From a virus (Duplodnaviria > Heunggongvirae > Uroviricota > Caudoviricetes), in IMG/VR virus record IMGVR_UViG_2675903509_000008: a stretch of DNA of 5,283 nucleotides, one strand, 5' to 3'. Below, piece after piece: positions 1-4,830 of the stretch. Each line of letters begins with the position of its first letter. Within the stretch, counting starts at the first letter, position 1. Below the pieces are notes generated by a model. It saw nothing but the letters and a program-made list of their open reading frames with translations. It did no database searches and was not told where the DNA came from. A program made the position numbers and the translations under genes.

Positions 1-1
1 C

Positions 2-112
2 GTGTTACTGGTCGCCCTGCTGATCATGCTGACGAAATTCCCGGCATTGCAGAGTGATAATCACAGTGACGCCAAACAAGGATCNNTNTCNGCATCGCNN
101 TNNAAGCACTGA
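2..112 (+). CDS. possible 3' end of an upstream gene (partial, runs off the window start)
   Basis: Frame 2 is open from the window edge to TGA at 110-112, with E. coli-like codons (ctg, atc, acg, aaa, ttc, ccg) and a hydrophobic stretch VLLVALLIML. Ambiguous bases at 85-103 make the frame and end uncertain. Confidence 0.2.
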   Translation: MLLVALLIMLTKFPALQSDNHSDAKQGXXXASXXKH

Positions 113-129
113 AAAAAGCCTCTTCACAT

Positions 130-849
130 GTGGTGGCAGCTCGCCTTGGAATCAGTCGTGAAGAGGCTGTCAACGAGCTGTGGGAACTCAAAAGAAAAGG
201 CGTCGTTGATAAAACTGGTCACACCTGGTTTCTGGCTGGCGAAGGTGAATCCCGGGTAACCGAAGAGCGGCCAGTAAAATCTGAAGCACAGGATATGCTG
301 ACCGGGGAGGTCGAACAAAAAGTTACCGCAGACATGATGATTGAGTTTATCGGTCAGGATGGGGCTAAAACGTGTGAGGAACTGGCGGGTAAGTTCAGTG
401 TCAGTACTCGCAAGGTTGCTTCCACGCTGGCGGTGGTAACCGCAACGGGGCGGCTGGCACGCGTTAATCAGAACGGTAAATTTCGTTACTGCATGCCGGG
501 CGATAATTTACCAGCAGAGCCGAAAGCCGCGCTGGTAACGGAAAGTGATGGTAAGGCCTTTCCTCAGCCAGCAGGTGCTGCGTTACCAGTCCGGGAAGCC
601 GCAACACAGGAAGAAATTAAAACAGAAACTGTGGCGGACATTGTGCAGCCGTTGCCATCGTTTACCGAAACGCAAGCAGATGAGCTGATTTTTCCGTCCC
701 TTCGCAGGGCAAACCTGGCGCTGCGCAGGGCGAAAAGTGATGTTCAGAAGTGGGAGCGAGTCAGCGCCGCGCTGCGGGAGCTGAACAAGCACCGGGATAT
801 TGTTCGACAGATTACTGATTCTTCCCGCCGTGTTGTATCGGAAAAGTGA
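130..849 (+). CDS. phage winged-helix DNA-binding protein (DUF1627-like, assigned from memory); true start probably upstream in the N-masked stretch
   Basis: 239-codon ORF ending TGA 847-849. The N-terminal ARLGISREEAVNELWELKRKGVV-DKTGHTWFLA looks like the recognition helix and wing of a wHTH. The same frame stays open upstream through the Ns (ALKKASSHVV...), and GTG 130 has no Shine-Dalgarno sequence. Confidence 0.75.
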   Translation: MVAARLGISREEAVNELWELKRKGVVDKTGHTWFLAGEGESRVTEERPVKSEAQDMLTGEVEQKVTADMMIEFIGQDGAKTCEELAGKFSVSTRKVASTLAVVTATGRLARVNQNGKFRYCMPGDNLPAEPKAALVTESDGKAFPQPAGAALPVREAATQEEIKTETVADIVQPLPSFTETQADELIFPSLRRANLALRRAKSDVQKWERVSAALRELNKHRDIVRQITDSSRRVVSEK

Positions 850-864
850 TTGCCGGAGGCGCTT

Positions 865-1257
865 ATGGCAAAAGTATTTACACCAGAAGAGCGGGAAGAA
901 GTGAAGGCGCGCATTGTGGAATTCGTGCGCCTGAGCGGACGAGAAACTTTTCGACAACTGGCAGATAAAACGGGTGTCAGTAAGACCGCTATTCGTCGTT
1001 TATCTGGTGCGCTTGCGGCCAGTGGTGATGTCTGGCTCTCTGGTTGCGGGGTATTTCCATCAGAGCAGGCGTATCGCGTATGGCGTAAGACACCGGAGAA
1101 GGCTGCTGACCCGACACTGATTCGAAAGTTACCTGACGGAGAAATACGTCGTTACAACAGACGGCAGAACATAATTTGTCGTGAGTGCCGCCAGAGCGAA
1201 GTTATGCAGCGTGTGCTGGCGTTCTATCGGGGAAACTTTCAGGAGGTGATGGAGTGA
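865..1257 (+). CDS. phage HTH-type putative regulator with a C-terminal CxxC
   Basis: ATG 865 preceded by GGAGG 855-859 at 5-nt spacing; the track's TTG 850 start is less likely. Helix-turn-helix-like segment FRQLADKTGVSKTAIRRL; C-terminal CRECRQ. Stop TGA 1255-1257 overlaps the next start. Confidence 0.8.
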   Translation: MAKVFTPEEREEVKARIVEFVRLSGRETFRQLADKTGVSKTAIRRLSGALAASGDVWLSGCGVFPSEQAYRVWRKTPEKAADPTLIRKLPDGEIRRYNRRQNIICRECRQSEVMQRVLAFYRGNFQEVME

Positions 1258-1550
1258 GGGTCAGAGTTTATATTGCCGGTCCAATGACGGGATATGAAAA
1301 TTTCAACCGTGAGGCGTTTCACAAGGCGGAAGAGGAACTGAAACGGGAAGGGCATACCGTCTTAAACCCGGCAGTACTTCCGGACGGGCTGACACAGCCG
1401 CACTACATGGATATTTGCATGGCAATGATTCGTTGTGTGGATGCGATTTACATGCTGAATGGCTGGCAGCGGTCAGCGGGCGCTAAGGCAGAGCTGGCAC
1501 TGGCGGAGAAACTGGGGCATGCAGTGATTTATCAGGAGGTGGCTCAATGA
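1254..1550 (+). CDS. DUF4406 family protein (nucleoside 2-deoxyribosyltransferase-like fold)
   Basis: GTG 1254 with AGGAGG 1241-1246 at 7-nt spacing, GTGA overlap with the upstream stop. 98 aa. N-terminal VYIAGPMTG glycine loop and C-terminal GWQRSAGAKAELALAEKLGHAVI match the DUF4406/NDT-like pattern as I recall it. The track start at 1185 would run through the upstream gene. Confidence 0.85.
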   Translation: MRVRVYIAGPMTGYENFNREAFHKAEEELKREGHTVLNPAVLPDGLTQPHYMDICMAMIRCVDAIYMLNGWQRSAGAKAELALAEKLGHAVIYQEVAQ

Positions 1551-2011
1551 GAGAGGTTAACTATGAGGCGCTTCGTGAGGCAGCACAAAACTATCAGTCG
1601 ACGCTGGCGTGGTATCAGGCTATCCCGGACAGCCCAAATGCTGAACAACGGGATTGTGATGCGGCTCTTGCTGCGTTTAAGCGTCACATCCGTCATCGGG
1701 AAGCGGATATTATCGCTGATTTGCTGGATGGACTGGAAGAAGCAAAATCACAACTCAAAGAGCAGCGTGAGTATTACGAAGGCGTTATCTCTGATGGGAG
1801 CAAGCGTATTGCTGAACTGGAAGCGCGGGAAGTTCAATTACCGACTCGCTACGACCTTCGATATGGACACCCGATAAATGCAGATGAGCGACATGTCATG
1901 ATACCTAAAGAAAATGGCAGTTGGCTTTACCTGATTGACCTAGAACACGCATTACGCGTCTCTGGCATTCGCATCAAAGGAGAGGAGCATGGAAATAAAA
2001 CCAGAGGATGA
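1547..2011 (+). CDS. phage hypothetical protein (predicted helical/coiled-coil N-terminal half)
   Basis: ATG 1547 overlaps the upstream stop (ATGA); AGGAGG 1534-1539 at 7-nt spacing. 154 aa, no internal stops, E. coli-like codon usage. Confidence 0.8.
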   Translation: MREVNYEALREAAQNYQSTLAWYQAIPDSPNAEQRDCDAALAAFKRHIRHREADIIADLLDGLEEAKSQLKEQREYYEGVISDGSKRIAELEAREVQLPTRYDLRYGHPINADERHVMIPKENGSWLYLIDLEHALRVSGIRIKGEEHGNKTRG

Positions 2012-2345
2012 GTTAAGCAATATCGTTTTATTTCCGGTAAAAGAGGATGACCCTCGTAATCAGGTTAATTTTCTTTATGAGCCATCGGAAAGACCATATT
2101 GTCATCACGCCTCTGTCCGGGTTGACGAAAAAGAGCGTCAGGTCCGCTGTAAAATCTGCGGTGCAGTTGTGGAGCCATTTGACTGGATGCTCTCTGTGGC
2201 GAAAAGAGAAACCAGACTGGCAGATGATGTAAGGCACTTGCGCCAGGAGGAGCGGGAAAGGCGAAAAAATATAGAAAAGCTAATTCAGATTGAGCGTAAC
2301 GCGAAAGCGCGGATACGCAGGGCGACAAAATCCAGAACTGAATAA
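1989..2345 (+). CDS. phage hypothetical protein with a CHH...CxxC putative zinc-ribbon and a basic C-terminal helix
   Basis: ATG 1989 preceded by AAAGGAGAGGAG 1976-1987; overlaps the upstream ORF by 23 nt. Motif YCHHASVRVDEKERQVRCKICG; Arg/Lys/Glu-rich tail. Confidence 0.75.
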   Translation: MEIKPEDELSNIVLFPVKEDDPRNQVNFLYEPSERPYCHHASVRVDEKERQVRCKICGAVVEPFDWMLSVAKRETRLADDVRHLRQEERERRKNIEKLIQIERNAKARIRRATKSRTE

Positions 2346-2409
2346 TTAAATTTAGCTCTGTTAAAAATTTAATCCTTAACCGGAGGGATTTCTGCACCCT
2401 CAGAACATC

Positions 2410-2438
2410 AGGAGGCCGCCCGAAAGGGCGGTAGTTAA
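2410..2438 (+). promoter_or_regulatory. hairpin-split ribosome binding site (SD - GAAA-tetraloop hairpin - start codon)
   Basis: AGGAGG 2410-2415, then perfect 6-bp stem CCGCCC (2416-2421) / GGGCGG (2426-2431) around a GAAA loop, then 7 nt to ATG 2439. The linear SD-to-ATG distance is 23 nt; it becomes 7 nt if the hairpin forms. Confidence 0.4.
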
Positions 2439-2621
2439 ATGCGAAAGTTTAAAATAATTATTGAAACGGGAATAGCCGGTGGAGATTTCGAGGATGAATT
2501 CGAAGTGGATGATGATGCGACGCCTGATGAAATACATGACGAAGCAAAAGATATTTTCTTTAACTACTGCAATTACTCATATCACGAAATAAAAGACGAA
2601 GAGGAAGAGCAAAATGGCTGA
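2439..2621 (+). CDS. small, strongly acidic hypothetical protein (60 aa)
   Basis: ORF MRKFKIIIETGIAGGDFEDEFEVDDDATPDEIHDEAKDIFFNYCNYSYHEIKDEEEEQNG with 19 Asp/Glu against 5 Lys/Arg. Stop TGA 2619-2621 overlaps the next start. Confidence 0.7.
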   Translation: MRKFKIIIETGIAGGDFEDEFEVDDDATPDEIHDEAKDIFFNYCNYSYHEIKDEEEEQNG

Positions 2622-2790
2622 TTTTGGTTCAACTAAATACAACGTCAGTTTTGAAGCATGGCATGAACTGTTAATGGACTATGCAGAGTTACGTGGTGGC
2701 AGTGCTGCTGATGCTGAAGCATGGCGTGATGATTATGAAGCAGGAAAAACTCCGGTCGAAGCATATTGTGATGAGTGGGGCGATGAATGA
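2614..2790 (+). CDS. small acidic hypothetical protein (58 aa), absent from the supplied ORF track
   Basis: ATG 2614 with GAGGAAGAG 2601-2609 upstream. Translates without stops to MADFGSTKYNVSFEAWHELLMDYAELRGGSAADAEAWRDDYEAGKTPVEAYCDEWGDE. It exactly fills the gap between neighbours, with stop/start overlaps at both ends (ATGA at 2787-2790). Confidence 0.6.
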   Translation: MADFGSTKYNVSFEAWHELLMDYAELRGGSAADAEAWRDDYEAGKTPVEAYCDEWGDE

Positions 2791-3302
2791 GCGAGATTAA
2801 TTATCAGGAAGGGCATGAAACGGCAGGGCAGGCAAAAACAGTGGCATGGCGATATCGCTACGTGAAAAAAGACGTTACAGACTTTCAGGGGAAGCCGTGG
2901 GCTGGTGACTGGAAATATGTACCGACAAAAGAGGATTGTAACGACAGGCCGAACTATGAAATTCAGGCCTTATTCATCGGCCCGCCAGTCCCGGTGACAT
3001 CAGAAGGACTGGTTAAAGCCGTGCGCTTTTATGAACAGGTAAAGCGTGAGAATCCGCCAGTCGAAACAGGAGCATGGAAGGATGCTGTTGACCGGGTGCT
3101 CAGAGAGGCCTGCTGCGCTGCCATTCTGGGTAAAGCCGACAATCCACCAGCATCCGGCAATCAGGTTAGCGAATTAACAATGTGGGTTAAACGACTGGTC
3201 AGTCAACTGAAAAAAGCTCAGCCGGACTGCAAATTACCGGAGAAGGCGATGGATTACCTGAAACGAAATGGACTGATAAGCGTGGAGGATGTTTTACGAT
3301 GA
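2787..3302 (+). CDS. phage hypothetical protein (171 aa)
   Basis: ATG 2787 overlapping the upstream stop; long stop-free frame with E. coli-like codon usage; stop TGA 3300-3302. Confidence 0.8.
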   Translation: MSEINYQEGHETAGQAKTVAWRYRYVKKDVTDFQGKPWAGDWKYVPTKEDCNDRPNYEIQALFIGPPVPVTSEGLVKAVRFYEQVKRENPPVETGAWKDAVDRVLREACCAAILGKADNPPASGNQVSELTMWVKRLVSQLKKAQPDCKLPEKAMDYLKRNGLISVEDVLR

Positions 3303-3422
3303 ATATTTAGACTAAAGAGTTTGTAACGCTATGTAAGTGATTTTTTCTGGTTTAGATATTTATATGTCCGGCCAAATTGAGGTGTGTTTAAATGTTATTG
3401 CACATTGATTGTAGGGGGAATA

Positions 3423-3602
3423 ATGAAAAACGCATTGCAGTTTTTGTTTGTTGCGTTCTGGTTGTTCGCATCATGTATGCCCATCATCTTCACAGCAAGG
3501 TATATGGAAAAAATTGATGTTTTGATATTAATGTTTGGACATATAAATGCCCTTTTTTTAGGGGTGTTCATGGCGGTCATGTGCATTGAATACTGGCGGT
3601 AA
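3423..3602 (+). CDS. small hydrophobic membrane protein, two predicted transmembrane helices (59 aa), in an AT-rich insert
   Basis: ATG 3423 preceded by AGGGGG 3413-3418; the track's GTG 3384 start lacks an SD. Two hydrophobic stretches (ALQFLFVAFWLFASCMPIIF and IDVLILMFGHINALFLGVFMAVMCI). Rare codons (tta, ttg, ata, agg) and visibly lower G+C than the flanks. Confidence 0.55.
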   Translation: MKNALQFLFVAFWLFASCMPIIFTARYMEKIDVLILMFGHINALFLGVFMAVMCIEYWR

Positions 3603-3657
3603 ATACAGCGAACGCCATTGGTTTAGTTGGATATTTACTGTGCCGGACAAAAACGGT

Positions 3658-3685
3658 TTGCGGGGAAATCTTAGTTAAGTAGAAT
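3658..3685 (+). promoter_or_regulatory. candidate sigma70 promoter for the hok transcript
   Basis: -35 TTGCGG 3658-3663, 16-bp spacer, -10 TAGAAT 3680-3685. The predicted start near 3692 would give a transcript of roughly 420 nt to the terminator, similar to known hok mRNAs. Confidence 0.35.
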
Positions 3686-3744
3686 AACTGCGGGTGCTTG
3701 AGGCTATCTGTCTCAGGCATGAACACCAAAAGGCAGATAGAGAA

Positions 3745-3812
3745 AAGCCCCAGTTAACATTACGCGTCCTGCAAGACGCTTAACATTAATCTGAGGCCAT
3801 ATCTATGCGACA
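3745..3812 (-). ncRNA. candidate Sok-like antisense RNA against the mok/hok leader
   Basis: On the minus strand: -35 TTGACC (complement of + 3842-3847), 18-bp spacer, -10 TAATCT (complement of + 3818-3823). A transcript starting near 3811 would be antisense to the mok-like start codon (3805) and its GAGG (3793-3796). The 3' end is not defined; a GCGTC/GACGC hairpin (+ 3764-3779) lacks a U-tract. Confidence 0.3.
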
Positions 3813-3864
3813 CATAGAGATTAGCCTCTTACGGACCGAAAGGTCAAGGAGAAGCAGGCTATGA
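3805..3864 (+). CDS. mok-like leader ORF (19 codons), translationally coupled to hok
   Basis: ATG 3805 with GAGG 3793-3796 at 8-nt spacing; translates MRHIEISLLRTERSRRSRL; its TGA 3862-3864 overlaps the hok ATG 3861-3863 (ATGA). Confidence 0.4.
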   Translation: MRHIEISLLRTERSRRSRL

Positions 3865-4016
3865 AGCAGCAAAAGGCGATGTTAATCGCCCTGATCGTCA
3901 TCTGTTTAACCGTCATAGTGACGGCACTGGTAACGAGGAAAGACCTCTGCGAGGTACGAATCCGAACCGGCCAGACGGAGGTCGCTGTCTTCACAGCTTA
4001 CGAACCTGAGGAGTAA
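3861..4016 (+). CDS. hokD: Hok-family type I toxin (HokD/RelF-like, 51 aa)
   Basis: AAGGAG 3846-3851 at 9-nt spacing to ATG 3861. Translation MKQQKAMLIALIVICLTVIVTALVTRKDLCEVRIRTGQTEVAVFTAYEPEE matches the Hok family signature and, from memory, HokD/RelF over its full length. Confidence 0.9.
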   Translation: MKQQKAMLIALIVICLTVIVTALVTRKDLCEVRIRTGQTEVAVFTAYEPEE

Positions 4017-4084
4017 GAGACCCGGCGAGGGAGAAATCCCTCGCCACCTCTGATGTGGCAGGCATTCTCAACGCACCCGCACTT

Positions 4085-4115
4085 AACCCGCTTCGGCGGG
4101 TTTTTGTTTTTATTT
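4085..4115 (+). terminator. rho-independent terminator of the hok transcript
   Basis: Stem AACCCGC (4085-4091) / GCGGGTT (4096-4102) around a TTCG loop, followed by TTTGTTTTTATTTT. Confidence 0.7.
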
Positions 4116-4124
4116 TCAACGCAT

Positions 4125-4154
4125 TTGAAGTTCTGGACGGTGCCGGAATAGAAT
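4125..4154 (+). promoter_or_regulatory. candidate sigma70 promoter for the rem-like gene
   Basis: -35 TTGAAG 4125-4130, 18-bp spacer, -10 TAGAAT 4149-4154, about 80 nt upstream of ATG 4233. Confidence 0.3.
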
Positions 4155-4232
4155 CAAAAATACTTAAGTAGCGCGCAGGGATAAGAGGGATGGTCCCTTA
4201 AAGGGGAGAGCTAATTATCCGGAAGGATTCTG

Positions 4233-4484
4233 ATGATGAACATCGAAGAACTGCGTAAAATTTTTTGTGAAGATGGCCTCTATGCTGTGTGCGTTGAAAA
4301 TGGAAATATTGTTAGTCATTACCGCATTGTGTGTTTGCAAAAAAATGGGGCTGCGTTAATTAATTTTGTGGATGCCCGAGTGACGGACGGATTTATCTTG
4401 CGCGACGGTGAGTTTGTCACTTCATTACAGGTATTGAAAGAGATCGGAATAAAAGCTGGCTTTTCTGCTTTTTCAGAAGAATAA
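4233..4484 (+). CDS. rem: Rem-like small protein (83 aa)
   Basis: ATGATG start at 4233 with GGAAGGA 4221-4227. 83 aa (MMNIEELRKIFCEDGLYAVCVENGN...), the same length as K-12 Rem, and immediately downstream of a hokD-type gene as in the Qin prophage. Identity is from memory and synteny, not a search. Confidence 0.75.
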   Translation: MMNIEELRKIFCEDGLYAVCVENGNIVSHYRIVCLQKNGAALINFVDARVTDGFILRDGEFVTSLQVLKEIGIKAGFSAFSEE

Positions 4485-4550
4485 ACTCATCTACAATCTT
4501 GCGCGGGGCTGAACTCCCGCTGAGTAACACCGTGCCACCGGAGAAAACCG

Positions 4551-4829
4551 ATGGCACGCAACGCAAAATATTACAAACATGATAATTCGACCGTTCTTGC
4601 CCACACGCACGAGCGGTATTCTCACGCATTTAAGTCAGACTGGTACCAGCATCCCCCATGCACTGAAGAACAGGCCGAATGGCTCATTCAGTGTTACCGC
4701 AGGCGCGGATGCGAGGTTAAAAAAGCCCTTAGCCTCGACTACCGTCACTGGATAATCTCCGTCAGGCTTCCTTACTCCGAACGCCCACCGCGTCTGTCCC
4801 GCACATTCCAGCAACGCATCTGGAGGTAA
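4551..4829 (+). CDS. hypothetical basic protein (92 aa); may be a separate small gene or the frameshifted 5' part of the downstream DUF968 gene
   Basis: ATG 4551 with GGAG 4540-4543 at 7-nt spacing. Arg/His/Tyr/Trp-rich ORF ending TAA 4827-4829, inside the RBS of the next ORF. Both frames are open across 4756-4829. Confidence 0.5.
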   Translation: MARNAKYYKHDNSTVLAHTHERYSHAFKSDWYQHPPCTEEQAEWLIQCYRRRGCEVKKALSLDYRHWIISVRLPYSERPPRLSRTFQQRIWR

Positions 4830-4830
4830 C

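Noticed and set aside
124-318. 64-aa minus-strand ORF
   Set aside because: Lies entirely antisense to the well-supported + strand wHTH gene; no SD; composition consistent with a shadow frame.
583-957. 124-aa minus-strand ORF
   Set aside because: Antisense shadow spanning two + strand genes whose frames have RBSs and coherent domain content.
1185-1253. Upstream extension of the DUF4406 ORF (track start 1185)
   Set aside because: Would overlap the preceding gene by about 70 nt; GTG 1254 has a near-ideal AGGAGG 7 nt upstream and gives the expected family length of about 100 aa.
1563-1877. 104-aa + strand ORF in an alternative frame
   Set aside because: Nested inside the 1547-2011 gene, which has a strong SD and stop/start coupling; the alternative frame has neither.
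2028-2397. Two overlapping minus-strand ORFs (69 and 110 aa) and a 61-aa + ORF at 2047-2232
   Set aside because: All lie within or antisense to the 1989-2345 gene; no RBS, and they would break the coupled + strand operon.
2361-2401. AT-rich palindrome TTAAAaaTTTAA and weak GAGGG/CCCTC hairpin as operator or terminator
   Set aside because: Short arms in AT-rich sequence are expected by chance, and the hairpin lacks a U-tract; not enough to call a feature.
3384-3422. GTG-initiated N-terminal extension of the membrane-protein ORF (track start 3384)
   Set aside because: No SD in front of GTG 3384, whereas ATG 3423 has AGGGGG at suitable spacing; the shorter form is preferred.
3395-3586. 63-aa minus-strand ORF in the AT-rich insert
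   Set aside because: Antisense to the + strand membrane ORF and without an SD; AT-rich DNA produces long random frames. Not fully excluded, see the corresponding finding.
3818-4006. Long open frame overlapping hok in another register
   Set aside because: Contains no ATG, GTG or TTG start codon; interpreted as a remnant of an ancestral mok frame rather than a gene.
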